From: Acetobacteraceae bacterium
Lineage (GTDB): Bacteria > Pseudomonadota > Alphaproteobacteria > Acetobacterales > Acetobacteraceae
Assembly: GCA_036489395.1 (NCBI GenBank)
Contig: DASXFW010000086.1
Coordinates: forward strand, 9,333-73,332
Direction: 5' to 3'
DNA: 64,000 bases
Part shown: positions 26,596 to 35,192 of the stretch, in pieces
How the letters are laid out: every line of letters starts with the position of its first letter
Numbering within the stretch: the stretch's first letter is position 1
Translations under genes and position numbers: made by a program
Notes under the pieces: model-generated
Told to the model about the DNA's origin: nothing
Seen by the model: only the letters and a program-made list of their open reading frames with translations
The model's database searches: none

Positions 26596-26623
26596 GTCTC
26601 CCCCTTGAGGGGGAGGGGGAGAC
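26596..26623 (-). terminator. Mini RepC-type hairpin just downstream of the MFS transporter stop
   Basis: The sequence is gtctccccc-ttga-gggggagggggagac, ending 18 nt from the stop at 26641. There is no clear U-tract. Confidence 0.35.
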
Positions 26624-26640
26624 TACGCAATCATCGCACG

Positions 26641-28002
26641 TCAGGCCGAGCGTGCCACTCCTGTTGCCGTGGCTCCCGATGCGCGCTCCAGCCCGAGGTC
26701 CGGCAGGTGCAGCTCCGCCTCCCGCGTTTCAGGCCCCAGCAGCACGCCAGTGACCATCAGGATTCCGGCAAGGCCCAGCAACACGATCGGCGTGTAGAGG
26801 TAGGGCATGAAGTGCGCGAGCCAGAGCACGTAGATGCCGGAGAATGACGGGATCACCACGGCCAGGCTGTAGCCGATGCCGTAGCCGCTCGCGCGCACAT
26901 GGGTGGGGAAGCGCTCGCAGATATACACGGTGACGACGCCCCACGGCGAGATCGCCAGGATGTGGAAGATACCCGCGATGACGCAGGTCATCAGCGGCGA
27001 GCCGCCGGACAGCGCGTTGCTGATCAGCGTATAGTAAAGCGCCGGTCCGGCCAGAAGGACGGCGCATGATGCGATCAGGATGGCGGGGCGGCGGCCGATC
27101 ATCTGGCTCAACAGGCCGTAGCCGACGAAGGCGAAGAACAAGCCGATGCTGGCGAACAGGAAGGTGTTCGACGTCATCTCGCTGGATACATGCAACTGCT
27201 GGATCATGATGCTGGGCAGCAGCGTGGATGGCTGACCGACCAGCCAGAAGCCGCTCATCATCAGGAAGATCTGACCGAGCGTGCGCAGATGCCGACCGGA
27301 CAGCACGGCCTTCAAAGGCGCGGCGTGCTTTTCCGAAGACTCCCAAAGCGGCGATTCAGGCACCGTGCGATAATACAGCAGGAAGGCGAACGCGATCAGG
27401 AAGCCGATCACGAATGGAATGCGCCAGCCCCAGGCGTAGTATTGTTCCTTCGTGGTGATGGCCAGCATGATGGTGGTGACGACGGTGGTCATGCAGAAGC
27501 CGAGCGGGAACGCGCCCTGGATCAGGCCGCCGACGAAGCCTCGGCGATCCTTCGGCACCATCTCCAGCGCCAGCGTGTTGTTCGACGTGTATTCGCCGCC
27601 CATGAAGATGCCGCCGACGAAGCGGATCGCGATCAGCAGGCCGAGCGACCAGACACCGACGCTGGCGTCGCTGGGCAGGAAGGCGATCAGCAGCGTGAAG
27701 AAGCCGAAGCCGGCGATGCTGATCATGGTGGTGCGGCGCCGGCCGATCTTGTCGGCCCAATGGCCGAAGACGATGGCGCCGCAGGGGCGGCCGAGCAGCG
27801 TGGCGACGATCGTGAAGTAGTAGATCGTGGTCGTGGCTGTTGGGCTGAGGTTCTTCGGCTCGAAGTAGGTCATGACCGGCGCCAGCACGAGCGCCGGCAG
27901 GTAGATGTCGAAGAAGTCGACAGCGAAGCCGACGAAGCCGGCGAAGATCGCTTTCCTTGCTGCCGGCGGCAAAGCTTCGCTGGAGTACAATCCTGATTTC
28001 AT
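26641..28002 (-). CDS. MFS transporter, metabolite:H+ symporter (MHS) family
   Basis: 453 aa with 12 TM segments. The N-terminal MHS pattern is GFVGFAVDFFDIYLPALVLAPV...GAIVFGHWADKIGRRRT. Confidence 0.9.
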   Translation of the reverse strand: MKSGLYSSEALPPAARKAIFAGFVGFAVDFFDIYLPALVLAPVMTYFEPKNLSPTATTTIYYFTIVATLLGRPCGAIVFGHWADKIGRRRTTMISIAGFGFFTLLIAFLPSDASVGVWSLGLLIAIRFVGGIFMGGEYTSNNTLALEMVPKDRRGFVGGLIQGAFPLGFCMTTVVTTIMLAITTKEQYYAWGWRIPFVIGFLIAFAFLLYYRTVPESPLWESSEKHAAPLKAVLSGRHLRTLGQIFLMMSGFWLVGQPSTLLPSIMIQQLHVSSEMTSNTFLFASIGLFFAFVGYGLLSQMIGRRPAILIASCAVLLAGPALYYTLISNALSGGSPLMTCVIAGIFHILAISPWGVVTVYICERFPTHVRASGYGIGYSLAVVIPSFSGIYVLWLAHFMPYLYTPIVLLGLAGILMVTGVLLGPETREAELHLPDLGLERASGATATGVARSA

Positions 28003-28091
28003 GGCGCATCTCCCGAACGGCCAGGGTTACTGTCCCTTTTGTGGAAGCGTAGCACCGAGTGGAAGACGGACACAAACATTCCGTAAGAAAT

Positions 28092-28107
28092 GGCAAGTAT
28101 GCTGCCA
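28092..28107 (-). promoter_or_regulatory. Candidate sigma-54 (-24/-12) promoter facing the MFS transporter
   Basis: The minus strand reads TGGCAG-CATAC-TTGCC, compared with the consensus TGGCAC-N5-TTGCW. GG and GC have the correct spacing. It lies about 90 nt upstream of the ATG at 28002. Confidence 0.4.
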
Positions 28108-28190
28108 TGAGCGTGTTGTCGTTTTATTACGGATTGCCACCGACCGACCGGGCCGCTGCGCGAATCCTGTGGCCTCGATGCCGCCCGCCC

Positions 28191-28350
28191 GTCATGGCCG
28201 GGCTTGACCCCATGTGCATCAGGATAAGGTGTGTGCAGATACGGAATTTCCATGTGTCATGGCCGGCCTTCGCCGGCCATGACACAGAAGCATCGGCATC
28301 TCCGCCTGCCCGCTTATCCTGACGCACATGGGGCTTGACCCGGCCATGAC
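28191..28350. repeat. RepD nested palindrome
   Basis: Outer arms are gtcatggccgggcttgaccccatgtgcatcaggataag (28191-28228) and cttatcctgacgcacatggggcttgacccggccatgac (28313-28350). The inner hairpin is catgtgtcatggccggccttcgccggccatgacacag (28251-28287). Confidence 0.85.
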
Positions 28351-28426
28351 GCGTAGGAGACATGGCCACCGCTTCGTCCGGCGTCGGTCCGCCAGTCGGT
28401 GGCAACTCGCGAGGACGGACGCGTGG

Positions 28427-28972
28427 TTACTCCGCGGCGGTGGCCATCTCCTTCGCGTGCATAGAGGCGATCTTCGCCTGCGCACGCGCCCGACGGTCGT
28501 CGAACTTGGCCAGACGGCGCTGCGGGTTCGGGTGCACGACGTTGTTCTCCGCGCCCGGGTTCATCTGCGAACCCGCCCAGCCATGCGCGGCGATGTCGAA
28601 GATGATGCCCGACAGGTCGGTGTGCTTCACTTCGTAGCCGTCCGGATTGTTCGGATCGCCCATGATCCAGGTCGCGCCGGCGTTGCGCGCGATCTTGCCT
28701 TGCTCCACCACGTCATCGACCCAGAAGCCGATGTGATGGATGCCGACGAAATCCTTGCCGGTGCCCTGCGCGGCCTCGTCGCTCTTGAAATGCAGGATCG
28801 CCAGGTTCACGACGCCATCGGTCAGGAACACGCCCTCGGCCAGCGGGCCGTCGAGCTCGGTCACTTCCTGCAGGCCCACGGCCTGCTTGTAGAATTCAGC
28901 GGTCTCCCACGGGTCCTCGACGCTCAGCGCGACGTGACGGATCCGGCCTTTGGTCTGCGCGGTCATGGACAA
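28427..28972 (-). CDS. VOC-family (glyoxalase/bleomycin-resistance/dioxygenase fold) protein
   Basis: 181 aa. RIRHVALSVEDPWETAEFYKQAVGL...GIHHIGFWVDDV is the typical VOC beta-alpha-beta-beta-beta module. The C-terminal tail is basic. Confidence 0.8.
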   Translation of the reverse strand: MSMTAQTKGRIRHVALSVEDPWETAEFYKQAVGLQEVTELDGPLAEGVFLTDGVVNLAILHFKSDEAAQGTGKDFVGIHHIGFWVDDVVEQGKIARNAGATWIMGDPNNPDGYEVKHTDLSGIIFDIAAHGWAGSQMNPGAENNVVHPNPQRRLAKFDDRRARAQAKIASMHAKEMATAAE

Positions 28973-29113
28973 CTCCCTACTTTGTCTGGCCTCTGACCCG
29001 GCAGTTTAGCTGGAAATCGGCCAAAGGCCAGGGTTGGTGCGGCCAAACCTGGTGCGCAACCCGAAAAGGCCGATTAAGGTGCCCTGGGAGAGCTACCAAC
29101 GGGAGACGATCAG

Positions 29114-29959
29114 ATGACCAACCGAGTGGGCCGTCGCGCCCTGACCGGCGTTGCCGCGCTGCTGCCCGCCAGCGCGCTTATTGGCAGCGCCCGGGCGCAG
29201 ACAGCCGATGAGAGCACTTTCGACCGCATCCGCCGTACCAAGACGCTGCGCGTCGCCGGCCTGCCGGGCGCGCTGCCGTACTTCGATAAGGACCTCGTGA
29301 GCGGCAAGTTCTCCGGCGCCTGCGTCGATATGGCCAACGACATCGCCAAGGTGTTCGACGCGCAGGTCACCTATCTCGATGCCACCTACGGCACATCCGT
29401 GCTCGACCTGCAATCCAACAAGGTCGATCTGGCGTTCGCGTTGAACCCGACGCCGGTGCGTGCCTTGTCCATCGGCTTCACCCATGCGGTGATCATCCAC
29501 CCCTTCGGCTGCCTGGCGAAACAGGGGATGAACCCGAAAACCTGGGACGATCTCAACAAGCCGGACGTGCGCATCTGTTTCGACATCGGCTCGCTGCATG
29601 AAACCGCGGCGCGGCGCTATTGCCCGAAGGCACAGCTCACCGGCTACCAGACCACCGACCAGTGCCTGCTGGCGCTGCAATCCGGCCGCGAGGACGTGGA
29701 GATTCTTGCGGCCTTGCTGGGCCTGGCAGCGGTGGGGAAGAATCCGTCGCTCGGCCCGTACCACCTGCTGGGCAATCCGACCGTGGCGCTGCCAAGCTGC
29801 CTCGGCATTCAGTTCGAACCCAATTCGCGCTTCGAGGTCGTGCTGAACGCGTGGGTCGACTTCAACCGTGGCACCGGGCAGATCCGCGAGTGGCTGCTGG
29901 ACGGCCTGGCGAAGTTCGGTGTGAAGCGCGATCAGGTGCCGTCCGAGCTGAGCTTCTAG
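29114..29959 (+). CDS. Amino-acid ABC transporter substrate-binding protein (PBP family 3)
   Basis: 281 aa. The signal RRALTGVAALLPASALIGSARA is followed by ...TLRVAGLPGALPYFDKD...GACVDMANDIAKVF... Confidence 0.85.
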   Translation: MTNRVGRRALTGVAALLPASALIGSARAQTADESTFDRIRRTKTLRVAGLPGALPYFDKDLVSGKFSGACVDMANDIAKVFDAQVTYLDATYGTSVLDLQSNKVDLAFALNPTPVRALSIGFTHAVIIHPFGCLAKQGMNPKTWDDLNKPDVRICFDIGSLHETAARRYCPKAQLTGYQTTDQCLLALQSGREDVEILAALLGLAAVGKNPSLGPYHLLGNPTVALPSCLGIQFEPNSRFEVVLNAWVDFNRGTGQIREWLLDGLAKFGVKRDQVPSELSF

Positions 29960-29998
29960 GCAGCGGTTGGGATCGGTGGCCCACGACCGCGACATTCT

Positions 29999-30159
29999 GT
30001 CATTGCGAGGCCGCTTGGCCGAAGCAATCTCGTTCCCGACGATCTGCCGGCGGCTCGTCAGAAACGAGATTGCTTCGGCCAAGCGACCTCGCAATGACAG
30101 AATGCCGCGGTCTCATCCAATGCGGGTCGGCCCATCGGCCGGTGGCAGCTCGCAATGAC
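29999..30159. repeat. RepA two-tier palindrome (29999-30098) plus RepB reverse (30109-30159)
   Basis: The RepA part is gtcattgcgaggccgcttggccgaagcaatctcgttcccgacg...gaaacgagattgcttcggccaagcgacctcgcaatgac. It is followed by ggtctcatccaatgcgggtcggccc..ggccggtggcagctcgcaatgac. It sits between the SBP and permease genes. Confidence 0.9.
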
Positions 30160-30200
30160 AGGAAGCCGCGGCCGCCGATCACCGACCCCCGCACCCTGAT

Positions 30201-30866
30201 ATGCATTACCACTGGGACTTCGTATTCCTCGAACGCTACATCCCGCTGCTGTGGCGCGGCGTGCTGGTCACGCTCGGCTACACGGTGGGCAGCGTGGTAC
30301 TCGGGCTGATCATTGGCCTGCTGGTCGGCCTGGGCCGCCTGTCGAAATCGAAACTGCTGAACCTGCCGCTGATCGCGTATATTGAGGCGTTCCGCTGCAC
30401 CCCGCTGCTGGTGCAGCTCATCTGGTTCTACTACGCGCTGCCGGTGCTGCTGGGCATCCAGATTCCCGCGATCACCGCTGCGACCATGACGCTGTCGCTG
30501 TACACCGGCGCGTTCTACGCCGAGATCTTCCGCGGCGGCATCATCTCCATCGAGCGCGGGCAATGGGATGCGGCGCGCGCGCTCGGGCTGCGGCCGTGGC
30601 CGATGATGCGGCGGGTGATTCTGCCGCAGGCGGTGCGGCGCATGATCCCGCCCTTCGTCAACCAGTCCATCACCCAGCTCAAGAACACGTCGCTGGTATC
30701 CGTCATCGCCGTGCCGGACCTGCTGTATAATGGCGGGCTGATCACCGCGGACACCTATCGTCCGCTGGAAGTCTATACCGTGGTGGCGATCATCTATTTC
30801 GCCATGTTGTTTCCCAGCACGCTGCTGGCACAGGCTTACGAACGGCATCTGACCAAGGGGCGGTGA
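30201..30866 (+). CDS. Amino-acid ABC transporter permease (His/Glu/Gln/Arg/opine family)
   Basis: 221 aa. The N-terminal motif is ...LLWRGVLVTLGYTVGSVVLGLIIG.... The EAA-like loop is ISIERGQWDAARALGLRPWPMMRRVILPQA. Confidence 0.9.
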   Translation: MHYHWDFVFLERYIPLLWRGVLVTLGYTVGSVVLGLIIGLLVGLGRLSKSKLLNLPLIAYIEAFRCTPLLVQLIWFYYALPVLLGIQIPAITAATMTLSLYTGAFYAEIFRGGIISIERGQWDAARALGLRPWPMMRRVILPQAVRRMIPPFVNQSITQLKNTSLVSVIAVPDLLYNGGLITADTYRPLEVYTVVAIIYFAMLFPSTLLAQAYERHLTKGR

Positions 30867-30910
30867 AGGCCGTTCCGTCATCCCCGGCGGAAGCGGGCGC
30901 CCGGAGCAGT

Positions 30911-31093
30911 GTCATTGCGAGTTGGCCACCGGCCCGGTGGCCGCCCCCCTGGATGAAACGGCAGCATTCTGTCATTGCGAGGCCGCTTGGCCGAAGCAAT
31001 CTCGTTCGTGACGAGCTGCCAGCGGCCCGTCACGAACGGGATTGCTTCGGCCATGCGGCCTCGCAATGACAAGGAGCTCCAGTTTCTTGTTAG
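30911..31093. repeat. RepB forward (30911-30960) plus RepA two-tier palindrome (30971-31070) plus the cagtttcttgttag tail
   Basis: This is the mirror image of the 29999-30159 composite, on the other side of the permease gene. Confidence 0.9.
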
Positions 31094-31185
31094 ACACGTG
31101 TCGCGGCCGCGCCGCATGGATCAACGCTTGCGCGGGTCGGCCTTAGGCCCTCCTGCTTTCGCGCGGATGACGCAGCGGCCGCCAG

Positions 31186-31368
31186 TCACGCGTTGAAATG
31201 CTCTTCCGGCGGATCCAGCACCTCAGTCGCCAGGAACAGCAGGTGTTCTGCCGCCACGCGATAGCCTGCGCGGTCGGCATCCTGCGCCAGCGTGAGCAGC
31301 CGGTCGGACAGCAACAGTGGGCTGAACGCGGGAGATTCGGCCGGAACGATGCGACTGATGTAGGCCAT
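31186..31368 (-). CDS. Possible 60-aa hypothetical protein
   Basis: The sequence is MAYISRIVPAESPAFSPLLLSDRLLTLAQDADRAGYRVAAEHLLFLATEVLDPPEEHFNA. It looks helical with host-like codon usage, and lies 96 nt downstream of the amidohydrolase gene on the same strand. No motif was recognised. Confidence 0.35.
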   Translation of the reverse strand: MAYISRIVPAESPAFSPLLLSDRLLTLAQDADRAGYRVAAEHLLFLATEVLDPPEEHFNA

Positions 31369-31464
31369 GGCTTTTTCCCTTCCAGGCTTTTCGATACCCC
31401 GGAGCGTGAAGGGAGAAGCGGTTTCGGTCCCTGATCTAAATCAACTCATTCCCGTCAATTCTGC

Positions 31465-32646
31465 TCATGCATCGGTACGCGGCATTAACTGCTCGGTAAG
31501 GGTTGCCCAGTACGACGCGCCCACGGTCAGCACCTCGTCATTGAAGTCGTAGGCCGGATGATGCACCATCGCATCGTTCTTGCCGCGCGCGGCGCCCAGC
31601 AGAATGTAGCTGCCCTGTTTTGCTTGCAGCATGAACGCGAAATCCTCACCGCCCATCGTGGGATTGCGCATCGGCCGCACGCGCGCCTCGCCGGCCACAG
31701 TGGTGGCGGCACGCAAGGTCAGCTCGGTCGCCGCGGGGTCGTTGACCGTCGCGGGATACGCGCGCTGGAACATCACGTCGGCCCGCGCGCCAAAACTTTG
31801 CGCAATTCCGGTGGCCAGGTTGCGCACGCCCGCTTCCAGCTTGTCGCCGACTTCCGGCTTGAACCAGCGCGCCGTGCCTTTCATGTGCACCGTTTCCGGA
31901 ATCACGTTGTAAGTGTGGCCGCCGCTGATATGGCCGATGCTGATCACGCCGCCTTCCACCGGCTCGATCGTGCGCGACACGATGCTCTGCAGCGCGGTCA
32001 CGATGTGGCTGGCGATGACGATCGGATCGATACCGAAATGCGGCTGCGCGCCGTGTGTCCCCTTGCCGGTGATGGTGATCTCGATATTGCCGACCGCGGC
32101 CATGATCGGCCCGGCGCGCCACAGGAACGTACCCGCGGGCAGCAATGGCCAGTTGTGCATGCCGAACACCATGTCGGCAGGACAACGTTCGAACAAGCCT
32201 TCCTTCACCATGATCTCGCCGCCGGCCAGGTTTTCTTCCCCCGGCTGGAAGATCAAATACACCGTGCCGTCGAAGTTGCGTGTCTCTGACAGGTACTTTG
32301 CCGCCCCGAGCAGCATGGTGGTGTGGCCGTCGTGGCCGCAGGCGTGCATGAGGCCGGGGGTGCGGCTGGCATAGGGGAGGTTGGTTTCCTCGTGGATCGG
32401 CAGCGCGTCCATGTCGGCGCGCAGGCCGATCGCACGGGTCGAATCGCCGCGACCGCGGATCACGCCCACCACGCCGGTCCTGGCGAGGCCGGTGACGATC
32501 TCATCCACCCCGAACTCCCGCAGTTTTTCCTGCACCTTGGCGGAGGTACGGGTCTCCTCCAGCGCGAGTTCCGGATGTGCGTGCAGGTCGTGCCGCCACG
32601 CGGCCATCTCGTCGTGGAACTCGGCGATGCGGTTGATGATTGGCAT
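31465..32646 (-). CDS. M20D-family amidohydrolase (aminoacylase/hippurate-hydrolase type)
   Basis: This is the real gene inside ORF 31465..32778, starting at MPIINRIAEFHDEMAAWRHDLHAHPEL... (32646). Motifs: MHACGHDGH and ...IFQPGEE.... Confidence 0.9.
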   Translation of the reverse strand: MPIINRIAEFHDEMAAWRHDLHAHPELALEETRTSAKVQEKLREFGVDEIVTGLARTGVVGVIRGRGDSTRAIGLRADMDALPIHEETNLPYASRTPGLMHACGHDGHTTMLLGAAKYLSETRNFDGTVYLIFQPGEENLAGGEIMVKEGLFERCPADMVFGMHNWPLLPAGTFLWRAGPIMAAVGNIEITITGKGTHGAQPHFGIDPIVIASHIVTALQSIVSRTIEPVEGGVISIGHISGGHTYNVIPETVHMKGTARWFKPEVGDKLEAGVRNLATGIAQSFGARADVMFQRAYPATVNDPAATELTLRAATTVAGEARVRPMRNPTMGGEDFAFMLQAKQGSYILLGAARGKNDAMVHHPAYDFNDEVLTVGASYWATLTEQLMPRTDA

Positions 32647-32668
32647 TTTTGTTTCCTGGCAGCCCGGA

Positions 32669-33532
32669 TCACGCCTTGTGCGGCCTGGCAAACGTCCGCG
32701 CAAGCCCTTCCGCGAGCGGGATCGGATCGAGGCGGAGAGCTTCGCGCATGGGGCCGATGTCGAACGCTTTGTCCTCAAGCAGCCGGCGGATTTCCGCCGA
32801 TCGGATCGTTGGCACGAACGGCAGGAAGCGCGTCAGCGGGGCCAGCCCGATCAGCGGCGCGGCGGGAAAGCGCACGATGTGCGGCGGCTTCACTCCGGCC
32901 GCGGCTGCCACCGCGCGAACGAAATCGGCATACGCAACGGGCACCGGCCCCGCCAGCACCAGGCTGTGCGGTCCGTCCCATTCGCGCGCCAGCGACGCCA
33001 GGATGGCGCGCGTCACGTCGTCCTGGTGGACCGGCTGCACCAGGGCCGTGCCGCCTGCGGGCAGCGGCAGCAGCGGCAGAAGACGCAGCAACGCGGCGAG
33101 GCGTTGCACGTTGTCCTCGCCCTGCGCGCCGTAGATCATCGTGGGGTGCAGCATGACGCCGGGACGTCCGGACGCGAGAAACGCTGCCTCGCCAGCCAGC
33201 ACGCCGTTGCCATGCTCGTCCGGCCAGCTTGTGAACTTCCGCGTGCTGCCCAGGAACACGAAGCGCGCTTTCGGCGGCGCCGCGTTGAGGATCGCGGCGG
33301 TGTGGCGTGCGTGCGCGGTCGATACGATATCGCTGGCGTCGCGCAGCGCCGTTCGCAGCGCCGTTGGGTCGGTCAGGTCGGCGATGCGAGCTGGCGGTGC
33401 GATGCCGGCGGCGGCCCAGCGCGCCGGATTGCGCACGATGGGCATCGGTGTGATGCCGTGCCCCAGCAGCGCGCGACACAATACGGAACCGGAGCGACCC
33501 GACGCGCCGATGACATGCGTCACGTTTGTCAC
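32669..33532 (-). CDS. NAD(P)H-binding atypical SDR / NmrA-like oxidoreductase
   Basis: 287 aa with the N-terminal Rossmann motif HVIGASGRSGSVLCRALL. It lies 22 nt upstream of the amidohydrolase gene on the same strand. Confidence 0.8.
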   Translation of the reverse strand: MTNVTHVIGASGRSGSVLCRALLGHGITPMPIVRNPARWAAAGIAPPARIADLTDPTALRTALRDASDIVSTAHARHTAAILNAAPPKARFVFLGSTRKFTSWPDEHGNGVLAGEAAFLASGRPGVMLHPTMIYGAQGEDNVQRLAALLRLLPLLPLPAGGTALVQPVHQDDVTRAILASLAREWDGPHSLVLAGPVPVAYADFVRAVAAAAGVKPPHIVRFPAAPLIGLAPLTRFLPFVPTIRSAEIRRLLEDKAFDIGPMREALRLDPIPLAEGLARTFARPHKA

Positions 33533-33716
33533 GCGTGCGGCCTCGATTCACACCTGATCTGCAGCAGAGTTTTGCCGAATAAGAGCAAAGCGTCCGTCGT
33601 TTCTTTTCCCATGTCCGATGTAATACCGCATGCCGGGCCCCATGTGACGGCATAGGCGGAATCCCGCCTGCGCATAAGGGGGAGGGCTCCGCTTCTCCCG
33701 GCATGGGAGAAAGTGG

Positions 33717-34073
33717 GTGAACTTCCTGAATGCCGCGTGGCTGAAGCCGCGCGCTGCCGCCGTCGTTTTTGGTGCTGCACTCACGCTGGCGATCGGCTTT
33801 TGGGGACTGGGCTGGCATACCGCAAGCGGTGCGCAGCAAATGGCCAATGCGCAATCCAGGGCCGCGGTGGTTTCCGCGCTGGTACCACTGTGCGTCGCCA
33901 AGGCGGAGAAAGATCCCGATGCAGCGCGGCTTGCCAGGCTGCGTGGCGAGACTACCACCTTTGCCCGAACTGAGATCGTTCGTGACTCCGGCTGGGCCAC
34001 GCTGGCCAACGCCACAAGCGGTCCCAACTATCCGCTGGCCGTGGCATGCTCTGACAGGTTGAAAAGCTTGTAG
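33717..34073 (+). CDS. Hypothetical membrane-anchored protein
   Basis: GTG start with GGGAGAAAG upstream. One N-terminal TM segment (AAAVVFGAALTLAIGFWGLGW). No recognisable motif. Confidence 0.45.
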   Translation: MNFLNAAWLKPRAAAVVFGAALTLAIGFWGLGWHTASGAQQMANAQSRAAVVSALVPLCVAKAEKDPDAARLARLRGETTTFARTEIVRDSGWATLANATSGPNYPLAVACSDRLKSL

Positions 34074-34166
34074 CGCCGGCATACAAAAGGGCAGCGCCTT
34101 GATCCGGGCCGCCGCGTACCTGGTGCCCGCCGATTTTCGTTGGACCATTCAATTGGAGTATCACCA

Positions 34167-34487
34167 ATGAGCCGACCGGAACTTGGTCACAAGTTCGCCT
34201 GCGTGGGCTGCGGAGCTCGGTTTTACGACCTGAACCGTTCGCCGGCCATTTGCCCCAAATGCGAGATCCAGCAGCCCGCGGAAAAGCCGCGTGTCGTTCG
34301 GGCCGTCGGCGGTGGCGCATCCAGCCGGCGATCAGCTTGGAACAAGCTGCCCCCCGCTGCGCATGAAGAGCCGGAATCCGCCGAGGTTGTGGAAGATGCG
34401 GACGCCGACGCGGAGGAAAACGAGCAGGAGGATGAACCGGACAATGATGTGGACGAACTGCCGGACGTCGGAGAATCTGCGTTATAA
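34167..34487 (+). CDS. FYDLN_acid family zinc-ribbon protein (TIGR02300-like)
   Basis: ORF 34140..34487 trimmed to MSRPELGHKFACVGCGARFYDLNRSPAICPKCE.... It has the eponymous FYDLN motif, a CxxC..CxxC ribbon and an acidic tail (EDADADAEENEQEDEPDNDVDE). Confidence 0.8.
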   Translation: MSRPELGHKFACVGCGARFYDLNRSPAICPKCEIQQPAEKPRVVRAVGGGASSRRSAWNKLPPAAHEEPESAEVVEDADADAEENEQEDEPDNDVDELPDVGESAL

Positions 34488-34557
34488 GGTTATCGTCCGG
34501 GTTTATTAGCCGGCACGTACGACCAACCCGTTGATCCATGCGGCGCGACTGCTCCCT

Positions 34558-34818
34558 GTCATTGCGAGTCCGCTTGGCCGAAGCAATCTCGTTGGAGATG
34601 AGCCGCTGCTTGTCGCCAACGATATTGCTTCGGCCAAGCGGCCTCGCAATGACAGAATGGCCCGGGCCATTTTCTTGTTAGGAGCGAAGCGCCGAAGCAA
34701 TCTCGGTCGTGACGGGCAGCGGCTCATCAGGAACGACATTGCTTCGTCGCTTCGCTCCTCGTAATGACATTGTTCACGACGCCCGACGAGAGCTTGCCCG
34801 TACACCTCGCAATGACAG
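34558..34818. repeat. RepA hairpin (34558-34653) plus RepE hairpin (34670-34768) plus a terminal cgcaatgacag stub
   Basis: The sequence is gtcattgcgagtccgcttggccgaagcaatctcgttggagatgagccgctgcttgtcgccaacgatattgcttcggccaagcggcctcgcaatgac, followed by ttcttgttaggagcgaagcgccgaagcaatc...attgcttcgtcgcttcgctcctcgtaatgac. Confidence 0.9.
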
Positions 34819-34837
34819 CCATGTTACGCCGTCACGC

Positions 34838-35041
34838 TCAGTCCGCGCCGATACCGAGCTTGTTGGCCACACTCTGCGGCGGGTCGCGCAGCACCAGGAT
34901 CGTGCCATCCGTCATGTGGACGGCGGAGCCAGGGCCACGATCCTGCGGATAGATGCGCAGGATCTGGTAGGGATTCAGGAACACTTCACCGCCGTCCTCG
35001 ACGAGCGAGAATTTCGGAAATCGGATCGCCCCGCTCATCAT
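34838..35041 (-). CDS. Possible 67-aa protein with a weak FlbD/SwrD-like pattern
   Basis: This is the C-terminal part of ORF 34838..35230: MMSGAIRFPKFSLVEDGGEVFLNPYQILRIYPQDRGPGSAVHMTDGTILVLRDPPQSVANKLGIGAD. The spacing G-x-E-x-F-L-N-P..I..I...(8-10)..DG....V......V..K recalls FlbD. There are no flagellar genes nearby. Confidence 0.35.
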   Translation of the reverse strand: MMSGAIRFPKFSLVEDGGEVFLNPYQILRIYPQDRGPGSAVHMTDGTILVLRDPPQSVANKLGIGAD

Positions 35042-35192
35042 CTTTTGCCTTCGGTTGCGGCCTGAACATGGGTCGGCGCACCACGCGGTGCAATGGAAGC
35101 AACGCGACCGGTCACCGGTGATCTTGCAGCCAGTGCCCCGGACGTGTGCATAGTCCGCCGCCTCCCTGCCCGCGACCGAATGGAGAGCCGCC

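Noticed and set aside
32775-34148. 457-aa minus-strand ORF, and ORF 32381..33655 on the plus strand
   Set aside because: These are frame shadows of the SDR-type gene and its neighbours. Their composition is R/A/G/P-rich.
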